Positions 20,369 through 30,167 of a stretch of 64,000 nucleotides of DNA are shown in pieces (position 1 is the first letter of the stretch; each line of letters begins with the position of its first letter). The notes under the pieces were generated by a model, which searched no databases, was not told the origin of the DNA, and was given only the letters and a program-made list of their open reading frames with translations. Source of the stretch: Deltaproteobacteria bacterium (GTDB lineage: Bacteria > Desulfobacterota > GWC2-55-46 > UBA9637); contig JACRNJ010000051.1 in the NCBI GenBank assembly GCA_016219285.1, positions 5,620 to 69,619 of the forward strand, read 5' to 3'. Position numbers and translations under genes: made by a program.

Positions 20369-22734
20369 AAAAAATAAAAGGAAAACATTCACTTCATTTC
20401 AGGCGCTGAATGAAGAGATGCAAAAAAGTTATAACGCAGGGAACCGGCGGTCTCAGTCCAAAGTCGCCACTGCTCCACAGCCCAAAACACAACTGAAAAA
20501 TGGAGGAAAACAAACTATGCCGGCACACACAAATAATAATACCAGCACATGGGATAACTTTCACAATCCATATCATTTTGTACCTGCAAAACAAAGTGGA
20601 AGGATTGATGATTTATGCCTTACTGCCTTTGATGACCGCCAACTCAACCATGTAACCCATGATCTATATGTTGACAACACCCACTCCGGCAGAGTTATCT
20701 GCCGCCTGACTGCGAAGTCCCCATTTTTTGTGGGAGATGAACGAACAAAAGAGGCTTCGGAAGAAGCGCCTGCCGAAGTTTCTAATTTTGAGATTGACGG
20801 GAAACCGGCTATACCGGCGTCATCCTTGAGAGGACTAATCTCCAACATTGCAGAAGCAGCGAGTAATTCGGCGATGAGGGTGATGGAAAACAGGTATTAT
20901 TCATATCGTGTCAATATGAGAAAGGGTTTGGGTTCATTAGGTATGATAATAAAAAATGATGACGGATATTATAGACTCCGACCCCTATCCCTGCCATCTC
21001 TATCATGGAATGATACACGTAACGAGGCAACTGTTGCACCTAAGTATAATAAAATGTTCACAACAGGTTTGCTAAAAGTTTATATAGATGGTTATCGAAA
21101 AAAAACCGAGTACAAATCCTACAGAAATGGAAATAAATCCAGGTTCTTTTCTTGCCGCCCCAAACCTAAAATCTTATAGCGCTGATAATAATGAATACTG
21201 GTATATAAAAATTATTCCTTCAGCCGCTTTAACTGGTAATACTATTACCTGCAGAAATCCAAGAATTAAAACGATTACCAGTAGGGACGGCAGAGAAAGT
21301 AAATTTCTTAATGGGCAACTTGCCACCGGTGTGCCGATTAGCGAGGCTGAATATATCAAAAAAGGTAAACCGGCAGGTTATGAACGTGGTATCTTAAAAA
21401 TACTTAACATTAGGGAAAAAGATATTCCGGCCGGCAAATGGCATGAAATATTTTTACTTTATCGGGATGGAATTGAAGATAATCTGCCAACCTTTGAGGC
21501 AACAGATGCCGTAGAACAATTCCATGCTTTAGCCATGGAACGAACCCGTGAAGATGAAAAATTGCCGTTTGAGTTAAAGGGTTCAAACCGAAATTCTAAT
21601 CCATCAAAAGACAATCAAGGGATTGAACTTCGCACGGGCGACATTGTTTTTTTTGAGCCTGATAAAAATGACTATTCTAAAGTGGGAGAAGTCTCAGTAT
21701 CCTCTATCTGGCGGCACAGTGCGGGAGGAACCAGTCATGACTATTTTAATGCAATCTCCCCGGAAACCCTGCCTTTTAATCCAAAACGCAACTCTATCTC
21801 TATTGCCGAGCAGATGTTTGGCTTTGTAGAGCAGGATTTTTCAGAGTATAAATCCCTTATTAAAAATCGCCAGGCAAGGGCACTTGCTGGAAGACTCAGA
21901 TTTTCTCATGCGAAAGAAGGCAAGGATAACGGCTCAAACTGTTATATTGCTCCCATAACGCTTAAAATACTCGACAGCCCAAAGCCGCCCTCACCTGACA
22001 TGTACTTTAAACATAATAGTGGTGCTGGCGGTTATATCAGCAAACAAGAACTATCACCAAAAAAACATCATCCCCATGGACGAAAGTTTTATCTGCATCA
22101 AAAACAGGACGACAAACCATGGGAGACTCTGAAGCCCAACGATCACTGCAAGCAAAAAGTCAAAATAACACCAGTTAAGGACGAGGCTGTTTTTTATTTT
22201 CACATAGATTACGACAATCTTAGTGAACTTGAACTGGGATTATTGCTATATTCTCTCAATCCGTCAGACACCTTCCGGCATAAACTTGGAATGGGGAAGC
22301 CGATCGGACTTGGCACTGTCAAAATAGAGCCTGTGGGTCTGTTTACTGTTAATAGAAAAGACCGCTATTCTAAACAGACTGCAAATCTATTTAATGAGAA
22401 ACGGTATCACAATGCATGGGTGAAGGATGGAACTAATTCATGGCCTCCTATTTATGACCGTGAAAAGACAGAATATGGAGATGGAAGCTTACTCATTAAG
22501 TTAGATTATGAAAAGATTAAGAAAGACTTTGCAGACAAAATGGATAAAGATATACAAAAGGCTCTGGAGATTTTGGGCGACCCGGCAAAAGTAACAATCC
22601 CTGCTGTCCATTATCCGCAACTCAAAGGTAAGGATATAGAAAATGAAAACTTCAGATGGTTCGTAAAAAATGATGACCGTAATAATACGAATAAGCAGTT
22701 TTTAGAGCCGATAAAACTTACTGGTTTAAAATGA
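20361..22734 (+). pseudogene. cas7: Large insertion-containing Cas7 RAMP (TIGR03986-like), split by +1 frameshift at A8 21098-21105
   Basis: FHNPYHFVP, IPASSLRGLIS; then LDSPKPP, GRKFYLHQ, HKLGMGKPIGLG; A7 joins the two ORFs. Confidence 0.8.
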
Positions 22735-23540
22735 TTAACATAGAAAAACTCACCTTCTTCCTCGGCGGCCACGACCTCGAAATGCTCACTATTCGTGAGA
22801 TTCTTGAAGAACATGCGCCGGGGCGGTTCTTTGACAAAGGGCTTTCGTGGGGCGCGAAGGCTTCGGATTACAGGAAAGAAATTCAGGAGGTTCTTGCAAA
22901 TGGCAGGGTTCCGGTTCTGGTTGAGTTGACGCTTGACATGGAGATTGATGAAGGGCTGACCATAATCATAGACCATCATGGAGAAAGGGCAGGGTCGGAT
23001 AATCCAACATCTCTCCATCAGATTTTTGACCTCCTGAATCTGCCGCAGGATAAATGGACTCGGTGGTTTGACCTGGTTGCCGCCAATGACCGGGGGTATA
23101 TTCCCGCCATGCTTGAAACAGGCGCTACGCAAGAGGAGATAATAAAGGTTCGGGCAGCGGATCGCGCTGCGCAGGGGATTACGGCGGAGGAAGAGGCTGA
23201 AGGAGAAAAGGCGGCGGCAAACGCAGAGGTCTTTGCCGACGGGATGCTCACATTAGTGTGCCTGCCGCATACACGGACAGCAACTGTTGCCGACCGTCTG
23301 GAGGCATCCCTTGGCGGTCCTGGGTACAAAAACCTCCTGATTATTTCACCGACACAGGTAAATTTCTTCGGAGCCGGAAAACTTATATATGTCCTTGATG
23401 AGGCATTCCCCGGCGGCTGGTATGGCGGGGCGTTGCCGGAGAGGGGCTTTTGGGGTCACGGCAATCCTGTGCCGGATGTAATGCCGTTACTTATGGATAA
23501 GTTATGCTCTTTGACAACCAGAAATATAAATGGGAAGTAA
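22731..23540 (+). CDS. NrN-like DHH-family phosphodiesterase of CorA-associated type III systems
   Basis: FFLGGHDLEM, VEL, IIDHH, LVAANDRGYIPAM, DRAAQG. Confidence 0.85.
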   Translation: MINIEKLTFFLGGHDLEMLTIREILEEHAPGRFFDKGLSWGAKASDYRKEIQEVLANGRVPVLVELTLDMEIDEGLTIIIDHHGERAGSDNPTSLHQIFDLLNLPQDKWTRWFDLVAANDRGYIPAMLETGATQEEIIKVRAADRAAQGITAEEEAEGEKAAANAEVFADGMLTLVCLPHTRTATVADRLEASLGGPGYKNLLIISPTQVNFFGAGKLIYVLDEAFPGGWYGGALPERGFWGHGNPVPDVMPLLMDKLCSLTTRNINGK

Positions 23541-23577
23541 GAAGTAAGAAGTTAAAACTTCCTATTTCCCATTTCCC
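23528..23577. repeat. Inverted heptamer array upstream of four-helix-bundle gene
   Basis: aaatgggaagtaagaagtaagaagtt / aacttcctatttcccatttccc. Confidence 0.8.
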
Positions 23578-23605
23578 GTTTGTCACTTGCTTTACTTGGA
23601 TACAA

Positions 23606-23962
23606 ATGGGAAGTAAAAATGAAGAGCTTGGAAAACGGTTTTATGATTTTGCATTAAGGATTATAAGGCTTGTTAGAAAGTTGCCTAAGGAGATAGCAGC
23701 CAACGAAATAGGCAGGCAATTATTGAGGTCAGGCACCTCAATTGCCGCCAACTATGAAGAAGCCACCGGCGCATTCAGCAGGGAAGATTTTACTTATAAA
23801 CTGAGTATAGCCTTTAAAGAGACCAAAGAAACAACATTGTGGTTAAGGCTTCTACGCGATTCCGGTATAAGTGGCGATGAGATCGGGGATATTATTAAGG
23901 AATCGGAGGAAATCAGAAACATTCTTGGCAAAAGTGTGAAGACTGCAAAAGAAAACAGGTAA
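23606..23962 (+). CDS. Four helix bundle protein (TIGR02436 / 23S IVP / Avd-like fold)
   Basis: FALRIIRLVRKLP, QLLRSGTSIAANYEEA, SREDF, KETKETTLWLRLL. Confidence 0.92.
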   Translation: MGSKNEELGKRFYDFALRIIRLVRKLPKEIAANEIGRQLLRSGTSIAANYEEATGAFSREDFTYKLSIAFKETKETTLWLRLLRDSGISGDEIGDIIKESEEIRNILGKSVKTAKENR

Positions 23963-24002
23963 CTCTTTCTACTTCCCATTTCTTACTTTCTACTTCCCAT
24001 TT
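23963..24002. repeat. Heptamer array downstream of four-helix-bundle gene, complementary to the upstream array
   Basis: ctctttctacttcccatttcttactttctacttcccattt. Confidence 0.8.
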
Positions 24003-24019
24003 ATCCCTTGCTCTTTCCC

Positions 24020-24269
24020 GTAAAATAGCGATTAAAAACCTCGCTATTTTACAAACCTGCGATTTGCCTGCCATACTTCGTTATCGGACAATTTTTACTC
24101 CTCACCGTATCGGTGAACATACGGCTCGTCGTAAAAATTGTCCGCTGCCTCGTCTGGCAGGCAACTTGCCCTTGACAGGTGAAACGTCTGTCAAGGACTT
24201 GCCCTTGACTAAACTAAAGTTTTGTCAAGGGCTTGCAGGTTTCCCCAAAAATCAAAGTCTATTTTTGGG
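24020..24269. repeat. Cluster of five palindromes at the island right end
   Basis: gtaaaatagcga/tcgctattttac; ~100-bp ttgcctgcca...tggcaggcaa; two ccttgac..gtcaagg; cccaaaaat..atttttggg. Confidence 0.75.
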
Positions 24270-24328
24270 TCTTTCCATCAGTTGGCAAAGGGTTGACCTT
24301 CATTTCCCTTCCGTGATAGATTTTATGT

Positions 24329-25693
24329 ATGCAAAAAAACAGCTTAAGGGAACTCCCGTCAGTTGACGAAGTTTTGAGGTCTGATAGACTGCAAAAATGC
24401 GCAGATTTATATTCAATAGGCCTTGTTACGGAGATTGTTAGAGATATTCTTAAGAAAATGAGAGGGAAAATTATTGACGGTCATACTATTGACATTTCTC
24501 CAGAAAAGATAGAAGCGCTTGCCAATAATTATCTTGAAGATATGCTCAAACCATCCCTCAAAAAGGTTGTTAATGCATCTGGCGTAGTCCTGCATACAAA
24601 CCTTGGAAGGGCAATATTATGCAATGAGGCAATTGAGGCAATCAAGATTGCTGCCTGCCATCCAGTGAACCTTGAGCTTAATTTGGAAGAAGGTGAAAGA
24701 GGAAACAGAGACGGTCATTTAGAAGATATATTGTGCCGTCTTACAGGCGCAGAGGCAGCTACAATTGTAAATAACAATGCAGCCGCACTCTTTTTAATAT
24801 TGAATACATTGGCTGAAGCAAAAGAGGTTATTATCTCCAGAGGTGAGCTTGTGGAAATAGGAGGTTCTTTTAGAATCCCTGAGGTGATACAAAAAAGCGG
24901 ATGTAAACTTATAGAGGTTGGCACAACTAACATGACGCATCTATCAGATTATATATCTGCTGTCAATCCAGATACTGCCTTGCTTCTAAAAGCGCATACA
25001 AGCAACTACAGGATAATCGGTTTTACCTCAAATGTAGATTTGAAGGAGGTGGTAAAAATTGGAATGCAGCACAGCATCCCGGTAGTTGAAGATTTAGGAA
25101 GCGGTTCACTGATTGACTTGTCGCAATTTGGCCTTCCCTCTGAACCTCAAGTCAAAAAAAGTATTGAGGCTGGAGCGGATGTGGTTACCTTTAGCGGGGA
25201 TAAACTGCTTGGCGGCCCTCAGGCAGGCATTATTGTTGGAAAAGAGAATTACATCCGTAGGATAAATAAAAACCCTTTAAAGAGGGCATTAAGGGTAGAT
25301 AAACTTACTATTGCGGCTATGGAGGCAACACTTAAGCTTTATCTGAAACCAGATACGTTGCCCGCCAAACTTCCAACTTTGAGATTTTTAACAAGACCTG
25401 TTCCAGAAATAACGTTGATTGCAGAGGAGGCTTCAAGACTTCTTAAACAAAGGCTTGGCAAGGACTACTTTGTGGAGGTTGAGAACGGCGAAAGCAAGAT
25501 AGGAAGCGGTTCGCTGCCCGAAGAGATAATTACTACAAAGGTTGTTTCTATTACACATAAGCAAATACCGTTAAAAAAAATCTTCGATATGTTTTTGAAA
25601 AACAACCCGCCTATTTTGGGCAGAGTGCACAAAGGAAAGTTTTTATTGGATATGCGTATGATAGAAAAGGCTGAAGATGTGGTGATTAAATGA
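24329..25693 (+). CDS. selA: L-seryl-tRNA(Sec) selenium transferase
   Basis: NASGVVLHTNLGRA, RGELVEIGGSFRIP, FSGDKLLGGPQAG, RALRVDK. Confidence 0.97.
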   Translation: MQKNSLRELPSVDEVLRSDRLQKCADLYSIGLVTEIVRDILKKMRGKIIDGHTIDISPEKIEALANNYLEDMLKPSLKKVVNASGVVLHTNLGRAILCNEAIEAIKIAACHPVNLELNLEEGERGNRDGHLEDILCRLTGAEAATIVNNNAAALFLILNTLAEAKEVIISRGELVEIGGSFRIPEVIQKSGCKLIEVGTTNMTHLSDYISAVNPDTALLLKAHTSNYRIIGFTSNVDLKEVVKIGMQHSIPVVEDLGSGSLIDLSQFGLPSEPQVKKSIEAGADVVTFSGDKLLGGPQAGIIVGKENYIRRINKNPLKRALRVDKLTIAAMEATLKLYLKPDTLPAKLPTLRFLTRPVPEITLIAEEASRLLKQRLGKDYFVEVENGESKIGSGSLPEEIITTKVVSITHKQIPLKKIFDMFLKNNPPILGRVHKGKFLLDMRMIEKAEDVVIK

Positions 25694-26209
25694 TTCACGC
25701 TGAAAATCACCTGCTTCATTTCACTGCTGCCGCCGTTATAGGGATTGGGAGTATGGGCTCACACCCCCATGCCCTCTCACAGTATCGGCGGCAATAACAT
25801 GCAGATATGCATGGGATACCACATCCTGCCAAATAATAATCTCAGCCTTACCATTTGAAAACCGATTACGCCCAAAAATAGACATTGATTTTTGGGTAAA
25901 CTGGCAAATGATTGAACTTTGATTTCAATTATGCTATATTCCAACATATTGATATAAAAGTAGTAATAATATCGGGCGGCGGGGATTAGACATTTATCCA
26001 AACTCCTGCAACAAAATGCAATTGCATTTTGTTGGCTAAACCAGATTCTCCAGTTACACCCAGAAAACCATGACCTTCAGACACTGCCATGTAATTCAGA
26101 AAAACCAATGTGTTACACAAAGGCGAAAATCTGCGGTTGCCTGCAATTGATTATCAGACAACCTGTGAGATGGACGTAACATTACAAAAGGCAAAGGGGT
26201 AATTATTTA

Positions 26210-27865
26210 ATGACCGACAACCTATCATCTAAGATTGATACAGAAATATCAACCGGTATCAATAGTGAACAGCTTTATGGAGGAACAATTAAAGAACCTC
26301 ATGCCGGCGAGCTTATAAAGGGGAAAGCAGTATGTATCACAAAGGATGTGGTTATTATTGATATAGGATACAAATCAGAAGGTCATGTGCCCATAAAAGA
26401 ATTTCTTAATGAAAAAGGAAACCCTGAGGTCAAAGTCGGCGATGAGATAGAGGCATTGATAGAAAATACCGATGATGAAAAGGGCTATCTGCTCCTCTCT
26501 AAAGAAAAGGCAGGGCAGATGAGGTTATGGAATGAGATAGAAGACGCATACAAAACCGGCAAGGCAGTAGAAGGAAAGATAGTTCAAAAGATAAAAGCTG
26601 GCTTCAGTGTAGATTTAAATGGTATTATCGCATTTCTTCCAGGCTCCCAATTAGATATATGGCCTGTAAATAATCCTGACCAATTCATAAATAACACATT
26701 CATGTTCAAGGTTTTGCAATATGACCGGCGAAAACCCAACATTGTAGTGTCAAGAAAGGCTGTATTGGAGGAGGAAAGGGAAAGGCATAAACAAGACACG
26801 GCGCAGACACTGGAGGATGGAAAGGTAGTTGATGGCATTGTAAAAAATATTACCAACTATGGCGTCTTTGTTGATTTAGGCGGTATAGATGGGCTTTTAC
26901 ATATTACCGACATCTCATGGGGAAAAACAAAACACCCATCGCAAATTTTTAAGGTCGGCGATAAGATATCTGCTAAAGTTATAAAGTTTAATAAAGAAGA
27001 AAAAAAGGTGGCGCTTGGCTTAAAACAGATGAAACCCAATCCATGGGACACAGCTTCGGAAAAATATAAAGTCGGGATGAAGGTAGCCGGCAAGGTTGTC
27101 AGTATGGTGGATTATGGGGCATTTGTGGAAATTGAACAAGGGTTAGAGGGATTGATACACCTTTCTGAATTGAGTTGGGTAAAGATAAAACATCCATCTC
27201 AGAAGCTTAAAATTGGAGACGAGATAGAGGTAAATGTTTTAGAAATAGATTCCGGAAATAAGAAGCTATCCTTAAGTCTGAAACAGCTTAAACCAAGCCC
27301 CTGGGATGAGATAGCGTTAAAATATCCTAAAGGTATAAAGATTAAAGGCATTGTAAAAAATATTGCAGATTATGGTATCTTTATCGGCATTGAGGAAGGT
27401 GTAGACGGATTAGCGCATATATCAGAGATATCGTGGAAAAAAATTAAACATCCGTCAGAACTTTTCCAAAAGGGGCAGGAGGTGGAGGCTGAAGTTATAA
27501 GCATAGACAAAGATAAGGAAAGGCTTTCCCTCAGCATTAAAAGGCTTCAAAAAGACCCTTGGCAGGAAGTTGAGGAAAGATACCACGCAGGCATGTCTAT
27601 AAACGGCAGAATAACAAATATAGCAAATTTTGGCGCATTTGTAGAACTAGAGGATGGACTTGAGGGTCTTATTCATATATCGGAGTTAACCAGAGGAAGC
27701 AAAAAAGGAGTCAATATAACCGTAGGTGACACCGTAGAGACGGAAGTCTTAAATGTAGACCCTGAAGAAAAAAAGATAGGCCTTGGCTTCAAGGCATTAA
27801 TAAGTAGGGGCAAAAAATCGGAGGAGCAGGATGTCAAGGCGGCGGGTGAAGAGACAACTGCTTAA
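26210..27865 (+). CDS. rpsA: 30S ribosomal protein S1
   Basis: Repeated S1 domains (IDIGYKSEG, AFLPGSQ, YGVFVDLGGIDGLLHI). Confidence 0.95.
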   Translation: MTDNLSSKIDTEISTGINSEQLYGGTIKEPHAGELIKGKAVCITKDVVIIDIGYKSEGHVPIKEFLNEKGNPEVKVGDEIEALIENTDDEKGYLLLSKEKAGQMRLWNEIEDAYKTGKAVEGKIVQKIKAGFSVDLNGIIAFLPGSQLDIWPVNNPDQFINNTFMFKVLQYDRRKPNIVVSRKAVLEEERERHKQDTAQTLEDGKVVDGIVKNITNYGVFVDLGGIDGLLHITDISWGKTKHPSQIFKVGDKISAKVIKFNKEEKKVALGLKQMKPNPWDTASEKYKVGMKVAGKVVSMVDYGAFVEIEQGLEGLIHLSELSWVKIKHPSQKLKIGDEIEVNVLEIDSGNKKLSLSLKQLKPSPWDEIALKYPKGIKIKGIVKNIADYGIFIGIEEGVDGLAHISEISWKKIKHPSELFQKGQEVEAEVISIDKDKERLSLSIKRLQKDPWQEVEERYHAGMSINGRITNIANFGAFVELEDGLEGLIHISELTRGSKKGVNITVGDTVETEVLNVDPEEKKIGLGFKALISRGKKSEEQDVKAAGEETTA

Positions 27866-27871
27866 GCAATC

Positions 27872-28759
27872 ATGAGTAAAAAATATCTAAAGTGGGTTTT
27901 TGGCATCGCAGGTTTATTGTTTTTCTTTTTTATTATATCCTTTCTATTCCTTGCAGCTATGCCTGGCCACAACAGCCTGTCATTTAGCGATAAGGTGGCT
28001 GTAGTAGAGGTGGACGGAATAATAACCGAACCAGATTCAATAAACCAACAAATTAAGGAGTATGGAGAGCGGGATGATGTAAAGATTATTGTGATAAGGA
28101 TCAATTCACCAGGCGGCGGTGTAGGCCCGTCTCAGGAAATTTATAGAGAGATAAAAAAGGTAAGCGTTAAGAAGAAAGTAGTTGCTTCAATGGGCGCTGT
28201 GGCAGCTTCCGGCGGTTATTATATAGCTGCGGCAGCCGACAAAATAATTGCAAATCCAGGGACAATTACAGGCAGCATTGGCGTTATTATGGAATTTGCT
28301 AATGCCGAAGAGCTTTTTGCCAAGATAGGTTTCAAGGGCTATGTGATAAAGAGCGGAGAGTATAAGGATATCGGCTCCCCTTTCAGGGGCATGAAAGATA
28401 ATGAGAAGAAGCTTTTGCAGGATGTTATAGACGATGTTCATAAACAATTTATTGAAGTTGTGGCTGAAAACAGGAAGCTAAAACTTGATGTGGTAAGAAG
28501 ATTTGCTGACGGCAGGATATTTTCCGGGGCACAGGCCAAAGATATTGGGTTAGTTGATGATATTGGTAATTTTCAGGACGCTATTGATATGGCAGCATCC
28601 ATGGCCAATATCAAAGGGAAACCAATTGTGCTATATCCGGAGAAGAAAGGGATTAGGCTCTGGGACATTATCTTTGGAGATGCAGCCAGTCGGATACTGA
28701 ATGGTTTTAAAAACAGCTACGGATTACAATACCTTGTTTCGTATGGCATAAGTAAATAA
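27872..28759 (+). CDS. sppA: Signal peptide peptidase SppA
   Basis: INSPGG, AASGGYY, TGSIGV, KSGEYKD. Confidence 0.93.
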   Translation: MSKKYLKWVFGIAGLLFFFFIISFLFLAAMPGHNSLSFSDKVAVVEVDGIITEPDSINQQIKEYGERDDVKIIVIRINSPGGGVGPSQEIYREIKKVSVKKKVVASMGAVAASGGYYIAAAADKIIANPGTITGSIGVIMEFANAEELFAKIGFKGYVIKSGEYKDIGSPFRGMKDNEKKLLQDVIDDVHKQFIEVVAENRKLKLDVVRRFADGRIFSGAQAKDIGLVDDIGNFQDAIDMAASMANIKGKPIVLYPEKKGIRLWDIIFGDAASRILNGFKNSYGLQYLVSYGISK

Positions 28760-28852
28760 ATTAGTGCGGAGGGAAAAGCAGAAACACGGATATACCCTGC
28801 TTTTCCTTACTTCTCCAATCCCATATCCCAATTTTTACAGGAGGTTTTAAAA

Positions 28853-29137
28853 ATGATAAAGAGTGTTCTTATGGAAAAGGTTGCCGAAAAGGTTAAAAAT
28901 TTTACAAAAAAAGATGTTGAGGTAATTGCAGATGCAATCTTTGACAACATGAAGGGCAGCCTCGCAAAAGGTGAAAAAATTGAAATCAGGGGTTTTGGAA
29001 GCTTTAAGGTAAAAAAGCACAAGGCGCGGAAAGGTAGAAATCCAAAGACAGGAGAAAGTATAGATATCAATGCTAAAAAAAACCCATTCTTCAAGGTTGG
29101 TAAAGAATTAAAAGAAAGGATAAATAGTTCACGTTGA
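28853..29137 (+). CDS. ihfB: Integration host factor beta / HU family
   Basis: IEIRGFGSF, GRNPKTG, PFFKVGKELKERIN; rpsA-sppA-ihfB order. Confidence 0.85.
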   Translation: MIKSVLMEKVAEKVKNFTKKDVEVIADAIFDNMKGSLAKGEKIEIRGFGSFKVKKHKARKGRNPKTGESIDINAKKNPFFKVGKELKERINSSR

Positions 29138-29338
29138 AAAACGCCTGACACATGGCTCTGTCATGGATGCCCCGCTGCGTTGCCGGAGCCTGTTCCGAGC
29201 AGAGAGAGGAATCTGTGCTGCTCACATACCTGTAGCTTGCCCGACCCAACCTTCAGTTGGGCGCCCAATGGGCGTTTTTAAAAGCGCCGATAAATCGGCA
29301 CACTACAATCGCCTTGTATCCGGGAGATTTTTGAGCGT
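29134..29338. repeat. Nested composite palindromic repeat with central GTAG REP pair
   Basis: gtagcttgcccgacccaaccttcagttgggcgcccaatgggcg...gccgataaatcggcacactac within a longer GC-rich element. Confidence 0.7.
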
Positions 29339-29356
29339 GAATTACCATAAATAAAC

Positions 29357-29881
29357 ATGAAGCAGATTTGGGCGCCCTGGCGCGCAGAATATATACACGG
29401 ACAAAGGCTTAGCCGCTGCATCTTTTGTAAAGAATACAGCAAAGATAACAAAAGAGGGTTGGTTCTTTATAAGGGAGATTTTGCAGCAGTAATGATGAAT
29501 AAATTCCCTTACAACAATGGGCATCTCCTTGTGTATCCTTGGAAGCATACAAGCTCGTTAGAAAATATGGATAAAGAAGAAATATTAGAGCTTTTTAAGC
29601 TAATAAAGTTGTCTGTATCAATACTAAAAAAAGAGATGAATCCAGGCGGGTTTAATATCGGCATGAATCTAGGAAAAGATGCGGGGGCAGGGATAGAAGA
29701 ACATCTCCACTTTCACATAGTCCCGCGATGGAACGGAGATACAAACTTTATGTCTGTTATAGATGAGATTCGTGTGCTGCCGGAACATCTTGAATCAACT
29801 TACAATAAGCTGCATCCTCATTTCCAAAAGTTGAAGATAAGCGCCGATTCAGGAAAATCAGGCACAGAAATTCATGAATAG
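29357..29881 (+). CDS. HIT family hydrolase
   Basis: IWAPWR, CIFC, NKFPYNNGHL, HLHFHIVPRW. Confidence 0.93.
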   Translation: MKQIWAPWRAEYIHGQRLSRCIFCKEYSKDNKRGLVLYKGDFAAVMMNKFPYNNGHLLVYPWKHTSSLENMDKEEILELFKLIKLSVSILKKEMNPGGFNIGMNLGKDAGAGIEEHLHFHIVPRWNGDTNFMSVIDEIRVLPEHLESTYNKLHPHFQKLKISADSGKSGTEIHE

Positions 29882-30012
29882 TATAAAATATGAAAAATTC
29901 AAAGGTCTCAATATTAGAAAAAATGATTGCACAGATATTTCAAGGAGTTTAAATCTGTGTCCTCTAATCTTTTACCTGGCAATCAGAGATTGTTGAGTTT
30001 TTCAACAAGCTC

Positions 30013-30139
30013 CTATAGTGGACGACAAAAAAATAAGTAGCTGTAGTTTGCCCGACCCAACCTTTGGTTGGATACCCCATGGGCGTTTTTAAAAGCGCCG
30101 ATAAATCGGCAGACCACAAATTTATGTCGCTGCCTATAG
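30013..30139. repeat. Composite repeat: tatagtggacgaca...tgtcgctgcctata wrapper around a REP pair
   Basis: Near-identical to 42315-42465. Confidence 0.8.
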
Positions 30140-30167
30140 TAGTCTAAAGACTTGTATTTGTATTGTT

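Noticed and set aside
16987-22734. Single-protein type III-E (Cas7-11) effector
   Set aside because: The RAMP domains are in separate genes, Cas10 and Cas5-like parts are present, and no TPR-CHAT protease gene is seen.
23606-23962. Diversity-generating retroelement suggested by the Avd-like fold
   Set aside because: No reverse transcriptase and no template/variable repeat pair seen in the window.
24160-24240. Tandem cttgcccttgac units next to the cas island as a CRISPR array
   Set aside because: Only two units with 13-14 nt interiors forming hairpins; spacers are too short and there is no repeat-spacer periodicity.
24064-24366. ORFs such as 24064-24366, 29163-29354, 34331-34552, 54275-54505 and the many antisense ORFs
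   Set aside because: They are translations of palindromic repeats, tRNAs or the opposite strand of clear genes, with no protein motifs.
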